In this document: positions 40,967-50,624 of the stretch, in pieces
Position numbering within the stretch: the first letter of the stretch is position 1
Layout: every line of letters begins with the position of its first letter
DNA from: Clostridia bacterium
GTDB lineage: Bacteria > Bacillota > Clostridia > Acetivibrionales > DSM-2933
Reading direction: 5' to 3'
Length of the DNA: 64,000 bases
Assembly: GCA_026418275.1 (NCBI GenBank)
Contig: JAOABQ010000100.1
Span: forward strand, 1-64,000
The notes under the pieces: generated by a model
The model's input: the letters and a program-made list of their open reading frames with translations, nothing else
Databases searched by the model: none
What the model was told of the DNA's origin: nothing
Program-made: the position numbers and the translations under genes

Positions 40967-43465
40967 ATGTCAAACTCTAAAGGTCTGCCATATCATATGT
41001 TGCGTAATGAGTGTGATCCTAAAATTTTTACCTTTAAAAACACCTCCGAAATAGAACCCCTAACTGGGATTATTGGGCAAGAACGGGCGGTTAAGGCGAT
41101 GGAATTCGGGCTCAAAATCAAGGTGCGGGGCTATAACCTGTATATGTCCGGAATGACTGGGACGGGAAAAACCAGTTTTGCCCAAAATTATATAAAGAAA
41201 ATTGCGGAAAAGGAAAAGATACCGGATGACTGGTGCTATGTATACAACTTTGAAAAAAAACATCAGCCCATGGCTATCAATCTGCCGGCAGGGCTTGGCA
41301 AAGTCTTTCAAAAAGATATGGATGATTTCAATAAAGTGTTGAAACAGGAAATATCCAAGGCCTTTGACAGCGAAGACTATGAAAGAGAGAAGACAGAGAT
41401 TGTAAAGGACTTCCAGGAAAAGAGAGATGACCTCCTTGAGCAGTTGAATGATGATGCGGAGCAACAAGGATTCAAGGTAAAAACCACTAATACAGGGATA
41501 TATTTCTTGCCCATTATTGAGGGAAAAACCATCAGCGAACAGGAATATGGGGAACTGGATGAGAAGGTAAAGCACGAAATCAACGAAAAGTCCAATATCC
41601 TTCAAATGGAAACCATAGAAATTATCCGGAAAATTAAAAGCATTGAAAAAGATGCTGAAGAACGGGTTGCCGAATGGGAAAATAAAATAGCCCTTTTTGC
41701 GGTAGGATTACATATCAATGACCTGAAGGATAAGTATAAGGATTATGCAAAAATCGTGAATTATCTGGATAAGGTTCAGGAAGATATCCTGCAAAACTTA
41801 GATGATTTCAGGGACGAGGAAACGGATGACGAGCAGCAGCAGGTAGTGATACCCTGGGTAAAAAATGATGAATCTCCCGCGGACAAATATATAGTGAATT
41901 TATTGGTAGATAACAGTGAATTAAAGGGAGCGCCTGTCATTGTTGACTTTAATCCCACCTATTACAATTTGCTTGGGAAACTGGAATATGAAAATGAATT
42001 CGGTACCATGACAACGGACTTTACCATGATTAAGCCGGGATTATTTCACCTGGCAAATGGCGGTTATCTCATTCTCCAGGCGAAGGATGTCTTAAGCAAT
42101 GTCCAGTCATGGGAAGCTTTAAAAAGGGTTTTGAGAACGAAAAAAATCAACATTGAAAATATGAAAGAACAGATGGGATTGGTAGCAGTTTCGGCCATAA
42201 AGCCCGAAGCCATTCCTCTTGACATTAAAGTCATTTTGGTTGGAAACGAATACCTTTACCAGACTTTATACGAATACGACGAGGATTTCAGAAAACTATT
42301 TAAAGTGAAAGTTGATTTTGACGAGGAAATGGACCGGAACCAGGAAAATATGATGAAGCTGGCTCAGTTTATCAATTCCTTCTGTCAGAGGGAGAAAACG
42401 GTTCATTTTGACCGGACGGGGGTAGGAAAAGTTGTGGAGTACAGTTCCCGGTTGGTTGAGGATCAAAATAAGCTGTCAACCAGATTTAATGATATCGTGG
42501 AGATACTTTGCGAATCATGTGCATGGGCTGAAATTGAAGGACACAAATATGTAAAGGCACAGCATGTAAAAAAAGCAATCGGTGAAAAGAATTACCGGTC
42601 GAATAAGTATGATAAAAAGCTTTTGGAGCTTCTAGAAGACGGTACCATTATGATTGATACGGACGGGGAAGTTGTTGGACAAATTAATGGCTTAACCATA
42701 TTGGATATAGGAGACTACGCCTTCGGTAAGCCTTCAAGGATTACAGCCAACACCTATATCGGTGAAAGCGGAATTGTTAATATTGAAAGGGAAGTAGAGC
42801 TTAGCGGAACTTCTCACACGAAAGGTGTTTTGATCCTAAGCGGATATATCGGGCAAAAATACGCGCAGGAAATGCCGTTAGCCCTCTCTGCAAGTTTATG
42901 CTTCGAACAACTTTACAGCGGTGTAGACGGAGACAGTGCTTCCAGTGCGGAGCTTTACTGTATCCTCTCAAGTCTGGCCGAGGTACCCATCAAACAGGGA
43001 ATTGCAGTTACGGGTTCCGTTAACCAAAAGGGAGAAATTCAGCCCATTGGTGGCGCAACCAATAAAATAGAAGGCTTTTTTGAACTCTGTAAAGTTCGTG
43101 GACTCAATGGAAAGCAGGGAGTCATTATTCCACATCAAAATGTAAAAAATCTTGTACTCAATGACGAGGTGCTTGAGGCCGTAAAGAAAGGAAAGTTTCA
43201 CGTATATGCCGTCAAGACCATTGACGAAGGAATTGAAATTCTTACAGGGACTAAGGCAGGCCAAAGAAACAAGGACGGCAGCTACCCGAAAGGAAGCATC
43301 AATTATTTGGTATATGAAAAGCTGAAGAAATATGCACAGATTGTAGCTGGCTTCGGCAAAGAAGAAAGGAAGCCAAAAAAAGGTGCAAAGGATATGTCCC
43401 AAACCCAAATGCAAAAGCCTATTGTAAAGCTTCGAAGGTTTGGAAAAACAAGCAGGAAAAAATAG
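40967..43465 (+). CDS. Lon-like ATP-dependent protease (AAA_32-type ATPase + Lon_C/S16 domain; COG1067-like)
   Basis: Walker A 'GMTGTGKTS'. The C-terminal Lon proteolytic domain has Ser in 'DGDSASSAE' and a downstream Lys ('IKQGIAVTGS'). 832 aa. Confidence 0.75.
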   Translation: MSNSKGLPYHMLRNECDPKIFTFKNTSEIEPLTGIIGQERAVKAMEFGLKIKVRGYNLYMSGMTGTGKTSFAQNYIKKIAEKEKIPDDWCYVYNFEKKHQPMAINLPAGLGKVFQKDMDDFNKVLKQEISKAFDSEDYEREKTEIVKDFQEKRDDLLEQLNDDAEQQGFKVKTTNTGIYFLPIIEGKTISEQEYGELDEKVKHEINEKSNILQMETIEIIRKIKSIEKDAEERVAEWENKIALFAVGLHINDLKDKYKDYAKIVNYLDKVQEDILQNLDDFRDEETDDEQQQVVIPWVKNDESPADKYIVNLLVDNSELKGAPVIVDFNPTYYNLLGKLEYENEFGTMTTDFTMIKPGLFHLANGGYLILQAKDVLSNVQSWEALKRVLRTKKINIENMKEQMGLVAVSAIKPEAIPLDIKVILVGNEYLYQTLYEYDEDFRKLFKVKVDFDEEMDRNQENMMKLAQFINSFCQREKTVHFDRTGVGKVVEYSSRLVEDQNKLSTRFNDIVEILCESCAWAEIEGHKYVKAQHVKKAIGEKNYRSNKYDKKLLELLEDGTIMIDTDGEVVGQINGLTILDIGDYAFGKPSRITANTYIGESGIVNIEREVELSGTSHTKGVLILSGYIGQKYAQEMPLALSASLCFEQLYSGVDGDSASSAELYCILSSLAEVPIKQGIAVTGSVNQKGEIQPIGGATNKIEGFFELCKVRGLNGKQGVIIPHQNVKNLVLNDEVLEAVKKGKFHVYAVKTIDEGIEILTGTKAGQRNKDGSYPKGSINYLVYEKLKKYAQIVAGFGKEERKPKKGAKDMSQTQMQKPIVKLRRFGKTSRKK

Positions 43466-43619
43466 TATATGAAAACCCGCTTCAGTTAAGATTGGAAGCG
43501 GGTTTTAATTTATCTTTTAATTTAAAACAAAATTCGTAAAACAGTAATTCCATAAATCAAAACATTTGACAGGTGCTTTTGGGGAAACGATTCACATGCA
43601 TAATCATTGGGCGAGTCAA

Positions 43620-44216
43620 TTATTTTACTGCAACACTAAATCTCTTATTCACATCGTCCCAGTTTACAAGATTCCACCAGGCTTCAACAAAGCCGGCCCT
43701 CTTGTTTTGGTATTTTAGGTAATAGGCATGTTCCCAAACATCAACCACCAGTACGGGGATAACGCCCCATTGGGTCAGATTTTGATGTTTTTCAATCTGC
43801 AGGATTTCCAGCTTCGAGAAAGTGGGATTCCAGCAAAGTGCGGTCCAGCCGGACCCTTCGACTGCAACTGCTGCAGCAGAAAACTGTTTTTTAAATGTTT
43901 CAAAATTCGTAAAATCCTGATTGATCCGATCGGCAATTTTACCGGCAGCTGCTCCGCCGCCCCCCGGCTTCATATTATCCCAAAAAATGGTATGAAGAAT
44001 ATGTCCGGACCCATGAAAGGCAATTTCTCTTTCCCAATGTTTGATCAAGGAGAAGTCGCCTTTTTCTCGGGCTTCCTGAAGTTTTGCTTCCGCGTTGTTT
44101 AAGCCGTCAACATATGCTTTGTGGTGCATGTCGTGGTGAATCCTTACGGTTTGCTCGTCATAATGAGGTTCCAACGCATTATATGCATAAGGCAGTTCAG
44201 GTAAAGTATGTGGCAT
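43620..44216 (-). CDS. sod: Fe/Mn superoxide dismutase
   Basis: 'LPELPYAYNALEPH', 'HHDKHH'-like and 'DVWEHAYY' motifs. RBS AGAGGTGA precedes 'MPHT'. Confidence 0.9.
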   Translation of the reverse strand: MPHTLPELPYAYNALEPHYDEQTVRIHHDMHHKAYVDGLNNAEAKLQEAREKGDFSLIKHWEREIAFHGSGHILHTIFWDNMKPGGGGAAAGKIADRINQDFTNFETFKKQFSAAAVAVEGSGWTALCWNPTFSKLEILQIEKHQNLTQWGVIPVLVVDVWEHAYYLKYQNKRAGFVEAWWNLVNWDDVNKRFSVAVK

Positions 44217-44349
44217 TCTCATCACCTCTAAGTAAAATTTATATTTTTTTTACAAATAATATATATCCCTAAATTCTATTATCAAACAAAAACATGAAAA
44301 TAATAAGTGAAAAATTATGCTATAATAAAAGGGAAGAAGGTGATTTCTG

Positions 44350-44709
44350 ATGGCTGAAGCAGATTTTTTCGTGAATTTTTTTAAAGCGATGGTGGCTATT
44401 GCAGGTTTGGGTGTGGTACTGGCCTTCGTGGCCGTGGTCATCAGCTTTGTGATTGAAATTACAAATTTTAGAGAAGAAAACAGCCAATTGAGTACAGGGG
44501 TTGGAAATGCTTTGTTAATCCTCCATAATTTTTTGGAGCCGGGGAGAAAACCGCAAACTGAACAGGTGATTGTCATAAAAAGAAAAAGAACACCCATTGA
44601 AAAAAAAGTGGGAGGCCTTACCGGAGTTCAGTATTATAATCTTTATATCAAAGGATATAAACGTTTAGAAGGTAAGCGGTACTTACCTTCTAAACTCAAG
44701 AATAAATAA
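44350..44709 (+). CDS. small membrane-anchored hypothetical protein
   Basis: One TM helix and a basic C-terminal tail. Confidence 0.3.
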   Translation: MAEADFFVNFFKAMVAIAGLGVVLAFVAVVISFVIEITNFREENSQLSTGVGNALLILHNFLEPGRKPQTEQVIVIKRKRTPIEKKVGGLTGVQYYNLYIKGYKRLEGKRYLPSKLKNK

Positions 44710-45079
44710 CTTCCAGAATTCTAAGCATTTTTTCTACCATGATTTTATGTTGGTTTGGTAAGACGGGAGTGATAATTTGCAGAGATCTGGCCAGTTCATG
44801 TGAACCTGCTTTTTTGCTGTTGAGGGACTCCAGGTGATTTTTTAGGTTCCTATATGTATTGGTATACTGGGTGCTTTTATCTACAACACTTTGGATATTT
44901 TGTTTATGGGAAACCGGCGGGTGTTCGCCAATTGTTTTTAATATTTCATTGAGCAATTGAATGCTGCTTTGTTTTACCTCTGGCGGGGCCTCACGGAGTA
45001 AATTACTCTGGAGATCTCTAATTTTTCTTGCAGCATGGAAGCTATTTGCGATGTTTTCCATTGTTTTATATTTATCCAT
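44696..45079 (-). CDS. hypothetical helical protein
   Basis: Its 3' end overlaps that of the 44350 ORF by 14 bp (convergent). No recognisable domain. Confidence 0.3.
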   Translation of the reverse strand: MDKYKTMENIANSFHAARKIRDLQSNLLREAPPEVKQSSIQLLNEILKTIGEHPPVSHKQNIQSVVDKSTQYTNTYRNLKNHLESLNSKKAGSHELARSLQIITPVLPNQHKIMVEKMLRILEVIYS

Positions 45080-45417
45080 ATGATACTCCTTATTGATTTA
45101 ATAAACGGTTCCCGTATTATGTTATGTTAAATAAAGGGATTATGTTCCTTATTTTTTAATGTTAAGGGAATTATGGTGGGTAATTGAAATTTGAAAAGTA
45201 GTAATATTGGGTAGAAGAGTAGAATTTACTTCTATTTCCTTAACATGGGGATTGCAAAGGGGATTCCCCTTGCTGATTCAGTGGGGGTGCTTAGGATGCT
45301 TGCATCCGTCGAAGGGGGAAGTAATTCCCCCTAGCGAAGAACATAAATGCGATAGCATTTTGTTCTAGATTGGTTGCCATAAGCCAAAAATATTTAACGT
45401 ATGGCTATTGAAACATA

Positions 45418-45520
45418 AAGATAACGAACTGTAAAAGTAAAATTTCGATTTCTGAAAGACTACGTAAACCAGGTATTTCATCTCTCGAATTTTACTACGT
45501 TTACGCTTCGTTATCTCTAG
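45418..45520 (+). repeat. Family-3 palindromic dispersed repeat, copy 3
   Basis: aaagataacgaactgtaaaagtaaaa...ttttactacgtttacgcttcgttatctctaga. It lies 27 bp upstream of the LOG-family gene. Confidence 0.8.
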
Positions 45521-45546
45521 ATGATGATTAAAGAAGGAGACATTTT

Positions 45547-46146
45547 ATGAATAAAGTAATTTGTGTATATAGTTCTTCCAGCAATGCGATCGATACTGTT
45601 TATTTTGAGGCCGCTGAAGCTTTGGGAAGGGAGATTGCAATCCGAAAAGATACATTTCTTTTCGGCGGCGGTTTGACCGGGCTTATGGGAGCCTGTGCAA
45701 AATCGGTTCACCGACATGGCGGAAAAGTAATAGGCGTTATCCCTAAAGCTTTAAACGTAAAGGGCATCGTATATGATACATGTGATGAGTTGATCGTTAC
45801 CGAGGGAATGCGTGAAAGGAAAGGAATGATGGATTCAAGATCGGACGTGTTTATAGCCCTTCCAGGGGGATACGGTACTTTGGAGGAAATTTTGGAGATT
45901 ATTACATTAAAGCAGCTCCGGTACCATGATAAGCCGATTGTTATGTTAAATATTCAGGGCTTTTACGATAAACTATTGGAACAGTTTGAACACATTATTG
46001 GGGAGAAGTTTGCCAAAAAAGAATGTAAAGAAATTTATTATGTCGCCAAGGATGTGGAAGAAGCGTTATCCTATATTGATGCATATAGTGTGCGTCCTTT
46101 TAAGGAACAGTGGCTTACGGATGTAGAGGCGAAAAGGGAGTGCTAA
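45547..46146 (+). CDS. LOG-family protein (cytokinin riboside 5'-monophosphate phosphoribohydrolase-like; TIGR00730)
   Basis: 'GGGLTGLMGA' and 'PGGYGTLEE' motifs. Confidence 0.8.
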   Translation: MNKVICVYSSSSNAIDTVYFEAAEALGREIAIRKDTFLFGGGLTGLMGACAKSVHRHGGKVIGVIPKALNVKGIVYDTCDELIVTEGMRERKGMMDSRSDVFIALPGGYGTLEEILEIITLKQLRYHDKPIVMLNIQGFYDKLLEQFEHIIGEKFAKKECKEIYYVAKDVEEALSYIDAYSVRPFKEQWLTDVEAKREC

Positions 46147-46221
46147 ATTTGTAAAAACATTGAATTCTACCAAGGAAGAGCCTATAATAGATATAATTAT
46201 ATTAAAGAAAGAAGAGATAGA

Positions 46222-47397
46222 ATGGGGTACAAAAGTTTTGATGAAATCAACGAGAGGATAAAGTCAGGGAAGGCCGTAGTTGCCACTGCCGACGAAATTA
46301 TAGAAATTGTTGAGCAAAAAGGCTTCAAACAGGCGGCAAAAGAGGTTGATGTAGTGACAACAGCGACTTTTGGTCCAATGTGCTCTAGCGGTGCGTTTAT
46401 TAACTTCGGCCATTCGGACCCGCCCATTCGCATGAGCAAGGTCTGGCTCAACGATGTGCCTGCTTATGCGGGAATTGCCGCTGTCGATGCTTATATTGGT
46501 GCAACAGAGCTTTCCGAAACCAAAGGGATGGAATATGGGGGAGCACATGTCATTGAAGATTTGATTGCAGGCAAAGATATCAAACTTTATGCGGAAAGCT
46601 ATGGCACTGACTGTTATCCAAAGAAGGAAATCAGTACAACCATCAATAAAACCAATATAAACCAGGCATTTATGTTCAATCCGAGAAATGCTTATCAGAA
46701 CTATGCTGCTGCTACCAACTCCTCGGAAAAAATTCTTTATACATATATGGGAACGCTCCTTCCCCAGTACGGAAATATTACATATAGCACGTCCGGTCAG
46801 TTAAGTCCCCTTTTAAACGATCCGGAGTACCGGACCATCGGAGTAGGAACCCGGATTTTTCTAGGCGGTGCAAAAGGATATGTTGCATGGCATGGAACGC
46901 AGCATAATCCTATGCAGCAAAGGGGTGAAAACGGTGTTCCGATAGGAACCGCAGGGACTCTGGCTGTTATAGGGGATATTAAGGAAATGGATCCGAGATT
47001 TATTCGGGCTGCGGTATATGAAAAATACGGCATCTCTATGTTTGTGGGGATTGGAATCCCTATACCCATATTGGATGAGGATATGCTCCGAAAGGTAACG
47101 GTAAAAGACAGCGAAATTTTTACAAATATTATTGATTACAGTGTACAAGGAAGATCCAGGCCGGTTCTGAAAAAGGTATCCTATGAGGAACTTAGAAGCG
47201 GGAATATAGAGCTAAACGGAAAGATTGTTTCGACAGCTCCCTTATCAAGCCTAAAAAAAGCCAGAGAGATTGCAAGTCTTCTAAGACAAATGATACAAAA
47301 CGGAGAATTTTTGATATCTCAGCCTGTTTCACCTCTGCCTATGGAAGGGAAATTAAACAGCCTTGAGGTTAGGGGGGGCGGAAATGAAAAAGATTAA
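46222..47397 (+). CDS. DUF39 homocysteine-biosynthesis sulfur-incorporation enzyme (MA1821-like)
   Basis: DUF39 core, 391 aa. The downstream gene is the cognate NIL-ferredoxin. Confidence 0.7.
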   Translation: MGYKSFDEINERIKSGKAVVATADEIIEIVEQKGFKQAAKEVDVVTTATFGPMCSSGAFINFGHSDPPIRMSKVWLNDVPAYAGIAAVDAYIGATELSETKGMEYGGAHVIEDLIAGKDIKLYAESYGTDCYPKKEISTTINKTNINQAFMFNPRNAYQNYAAATNSSEKILYTYMGTLLPQYGNITYSTSGQLSPLLNDPEYRTIGVGTRIFLGGAKGYVAWHGTQHNPMQQRGENGVPIGTAGTLAVIGDIKEMDPRFIRAAVYEKYGISMFVGIGIPIPILDEDMLRKVTVKDSEIFTNIIDYSVQGRSRPVLKKVSYEELRSGNIELNGKIVSTAPLSSLKKAREIASLLRQMIQNGEFLISQPVSPLPMEGKLNSLEVRGGGNEKD

Positions 47398-47791
47398 GGT
47401 TACACTTTATTATTCGGCCAATGAAATAACAAAACCAATCACCTATCATCTGGTCAAAGACTATGACCTTCAAATCAATATTTTGCATGCGGATATCAGC
47501 CTTAATAAAGTAGGGAAGCTGGTTATTGATATTATCGGTGAAAATGAGAGTATTGAAGCCGGCTTGAAGTTTATTGAGGAACAGGGGATTAAATACAAGT
47601 TGTTTACAAAGACCATCATTTGGCAGGAGGACAATTGTGTTCACTGTGGAGCATGTACGGCTGTTTGCCCCTCGGAAGCCCTCCAGATGGACAAGGTGGA
47701 GTGGGATCTCACTTTTGATAAGGAAAAATGTATGGTCTGTGAACTGTGTGTTAAGGCTTGCCCTCTTAATGTAATGTGTGTATCCATATAA
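47384..47791 (+). CDS. NIL-domain + 2x[4Fe-4S] ferredoxin (MA1822-like partner of DUF39)
   Basis: 'CVHCGACTAVCP' and 'CMVCELCVKACP' motifs. It overlaps the DUF39 gene by 14 bp. RBS GGGGGGCGG before ATG 47384. Confidence 0.7.
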   Translation: MKKIKVTLYYSANEITKPITYHLVKDYDLQINILHADISLNKVGKLVIDIIGENESIEAGLKFIEEQGIKYKLFTKTIIWQEDNCVHCGACTAVCPSEALQMDKVEWDLTFDKEKCMVCELCVKACPLNVMCVSI

Positions 47792-47826
47792 TACGCTGCA
47801 ACGGAGTATTCATTAACTAATATAGT

Positions 47827-47858
47827 AATCCTCCCGGACTTCCGGGAGGATTTATTAA
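47827..47858. terminator. bidirectional hairpin terminator between NIL-ferredoxin and MFS genes
   Basis: aatcctcccgga-ct-tccgggaggatt perfect hairpin followed by tttatt. Confidence 0.7.
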
Positions 47859-49021
47859 TTTGCGGCACTTTTTTGTGCGTTCCTGTAAAATATAATGCCG
47901 AAGACCAATAATACACCAAAGCATAAAATGGAGCTGAAGAGGAAAATTATTTTAATACCATATAGATCACTTAAAATACCCCCGAGAAGTCCTCCTATAA
48001 TCCGGGCTGTACTGAATGAAACAAGGGCATACATGGTTTGGCCGGAGGCCTTTAACTCTTTGGGAACCTTCTCGTTGATATAGGTTGCCATGGAGTAGGC
48101 GAAAACAATAAATGTAAAGCCGTGGAGAAGCTGGAAGGGAAGTAAAATATAAGGATTGCTTATAAAATAAATGAGAAGCCATCTTAAAGCTGTCATAAAT
48201 GCGGATGCAAATAGAACACGCTTGGTTCCCAGTTTATCCAGAACTTTATTGGCAAAAAGTAAAAAGGGGATTTCGCTTACCGTTGCAATAAAAATGGCAA
48301 GTCCGAGGAGACTCTTATCCGCACCGATCTTTTCAAAATGAATAGGAAAGAAAACACCATAAAAATTGGTTGAGATGGATATAACCAGGTTGAAAATCAT
48401 AAGCAAGATCATTTCCTTGTTTTCAAAAAGCTTTAAAAGGGAAACCCGGTCTTTTTTCGCCTGATGCCCTCTAATTTTGGGGAGAAAGAAAGTAACCGTA
48501 AGGGTGAGTGCCGAAAATATAAGGTATATAATAAATATATTATCGATATTACGGTTAATGAGGAAGCCGGCACCGTAAGCACTTATTGCAAAGCCAATGG
48601 TGCCCATCATGCGGATCGGTCCGAACTTCCATTTGGTGGTCTCAAGATATTCCAGTGTAATGGCATCACTTAAAGGCGGAAGCGGGGATTGAAAAAAAGA
48701 AAAAACCGCCATAATAAGAAGGGCATAATAAAAATTGTTATAAAACGCTAGGGCGCAGAAGCTTATACTATTTGCAAGGATAAGGATTTTAAGTATGGAG
48801 ATTTTATAATTGGCCCGGTCACTTGCAAGTCCCCAAAATGGCTGGGCTGCGATAGAAACAAAAGCACCCACCGACAATAAAGCCCCGATGGATGTTTGAT
48901 CATAATGCATATCATTTAAAAAGACAGGCGTAAATGTACTGAAGATGGCGAATGCCATAAAGTTTATAATGTAGTAAGCAACAAAAACATAGGGGTATTG
49001 GGTTGATTGTTTTTCAGGCAT
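47855..49021 (-). CDS. MFS transporter (12 TM)
   Basis: Hydrophobicity pattern and the MFS motif 'GLASDRANYK' region. Confidence 0.75.
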   Translation of the reverse strand: MPEKQSTQYPYVFVAYYIINFMAFAIFSTFTPVFLNDMHYDQTSIGALLSVGAFVSIAAQPFWGLASDRANYKISILKILILANSISFCALAFYNNFYYALLIMAVFSFFQSPLPPLSDAITLEYLETTKWKFGPIRMMGTIGFAISAYGAGFLINRNIDNIFIIYLIFSALTLTVTFFLPKIRGHQAKKDRVSLLKLFENKEMILLMIFNLVISISTNFYGVFFPIHFEKIGADKSLLGLAIFIATVSEIPFLLFANKVLDKLGTKRVLFASAFMTALRWLLIYFISNPYILLPFQLLHGFTFIVFAYSMATYINEKVPKELKASGQTMYALVSFSTARIIGGLLGGILSDLYGIKIIFLFSSILCFGVLLVFGIIFYRNAQKSAAN

Positions 49022-49428
49022 TGATCAATTCTTCTTTCCTTTTAGATTTAGATTATACAGCTTAGGACGCTGTAACAAAATTTTAACCTTCGTTTTCATT
49101 GAAGGTTTCTTTAATGAGAAAATATTGAAACTTATTTTAACATCTATAAAAAATTTTATGATTGGTTATTACCGCTTGCCGCAATGCTTTAACTGCTGGA
49201 TAACTATCTTTATTTATTTATAGGTTATGATATAAACCAAAATATCATAACCTATTTGTTTCGCAAATGAAAATATTCTTAATTTTACTTCATTAAAGCA
49301 AATGAATAGTTTATTATGTTTATGGGATTTCATTGACCTAGCAGCAATGAAAAATTCAAAGAGTATAAAAGCGTTTTAATTTTTGAATTATGTTAATCTT
49401 ATTATATATGATCAAGGAGCAATTGTAA

Positions 49429-50151
49429 ATGTACGAAGAGAGGGTTTACCGTAAATTATTTAAAGGAATGAACCTGGAATTCTATCAGGTTTTGGTAGGT
49501 GAGACAGACCTTAGTATTGGTTCTGGCAGGGTTTTATACGATGAAGCTTTAAAATGGGTAATCAAGTTCCGGCAGCAATTGGAGACCTATATAAGGGCAT
49601 ACCCTTTATTCCAAACCAGCTTGGAGCCGATCGACGCAGAGCGGGATGCACCGGAGATTGTAAAAAAAATGTGTGCGGCAGCGCAAAAAGCAGAGGTTGG
49701 ACCTATGGCTGCCGTTGCAGGTGCAATAAGTGAAATGGTTGGGATGGAGCTTTTAAAATTGTCGGAGGAGGTTATTATAGAAAACGGAGGGGATCTTTTT
49801 ATTAAAACCTGTGTACCCAGGAAGGTTGGAATTTATGCCGGAAATTCACCGCTCAGTGAAAAAGTTGCTTTAGAAATTGCTCCGGATGAGACACCTATTG
49901 GCATATGTACATCCTCCGGTACAGTCGGACACTCGTTGAGTTTTGGAAAAGCGGATGCAGCTGTTATTGTATCCAGAGATACGTTTCTTGCAGATGCAGT
50001 AGCTACTGCGACCGGAAATAGAGTGAAAAACGGTGGGGATATAGAAAAAGGCATTGAATTTGCTGCTTCCATAAATGGGGTAGTAGGGGTTGTAATTATT
50101 GTAGGTGATAAAATCGGAGCGTGGGGAGATATCAAGCTGGTAGGAGTTTAG
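49429..50151 (+). CDS. UPF0280-like conserved protein, function unknown
   Basis: Gly/Ala-rich α/β protein resembling the archaeal/clostridial UPF0280 family. The assignment is from memory only. Confidence 0.35.
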   Translation: MYEERVYRKLFKGMNLEFYQVLVGETDLSIGSGRVLYDEALKWVIKFRQQLETYIRAYPLFQTSLEPIDAERDAPEIVKKMCAAAQKAEVGPMAAVAGAISEMVGMELLKLSEEVIIENGGDLFIKTCVPRKVGIYAGNSPLSEKVALEIAPDETPIGICTSSGTVGHSLSFGKADAAVIVSRDTFLADAVATATGNRVKNGGDIEKGIEFAASINGVVGVVIIVGDKIGAWGDIKLVGV

Positions 50152-50178
50152 TAAGTTATTTTGCGTTAGGAGGCAAGT

Positions 50179-50508
50179 ATGCGGACTGTGATTCTGCTTA
50201 TTATTTCTAATATTTTTATGACTTTTGCCTGGTATGGACATTTGCGGTTTAAAAATACCGCACTTCCGGTAGTTATACTGGTTAGCTGGCTTATTGCGTT
50301 TTTTGAGTATTGTTTTCAGGTTCCTGCAAACAGAATAGGAAGCTCAATTTTTACTGCGACGCAGCTTAAGATTATCCAGGAAGTAATTTCGCTATCTGTA
50401 TTTGCTGTTTTTTCGGTGCTGTATTTAAAGGAGTCCTTTAAGTGGAATTATGCGGTATCTTTTGTATTGATGCTGGGCGCAGTCTACTTTGCCTTTAAAA
50501 AGGTTTAG
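50179..50508 (+). CDS. small DMT-superfamily membrane protein (DUF486-like)
   Basis: Four TM helices, 109 aa. Confidence 0.5.
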   Translation: MRTVILLIISNIFMTFAWYGHLRFKNTALPVVILVSWLIAFFEYCFQVPANRIGSSIFTATQLKIIQEVISLSVFAVFSVLYLKESFKWNYAVSFVLMLGAVYFAFKKV

Positions 50509-50566
50509 GATGAAACGAATGTGGAGATTCTTCAGCTACCACATGCAGATTGGCAATTTGTTTTGC

Positions 50567-50599
50567 CCCAAATCCCTTAAGAATTAAGGGATTTGGGGA
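50567..50599. repeat. perfect 15-bp inverted repeat ccccaaatcccttaa-gaa-ttaagggatttgggg between convergent genes
   Basis: Perfect palindrome with a T-rich run on its 5' side only. It may be a bidirectional terminator or a protein-binding site. Confidence 0.6.
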
Positions 50600-50624
50600 T
50601 GAGATATAAAATAATGAACATTCA

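Noticed and set aside
40967-43465. The Lon-like protease as BrxL of a BREX defence system.
   Set aside because: No brxA/B/C, pglX or pglZ-like genes occur anywhere in the window, and the flanks are housekeeping genes (rimI, sod).
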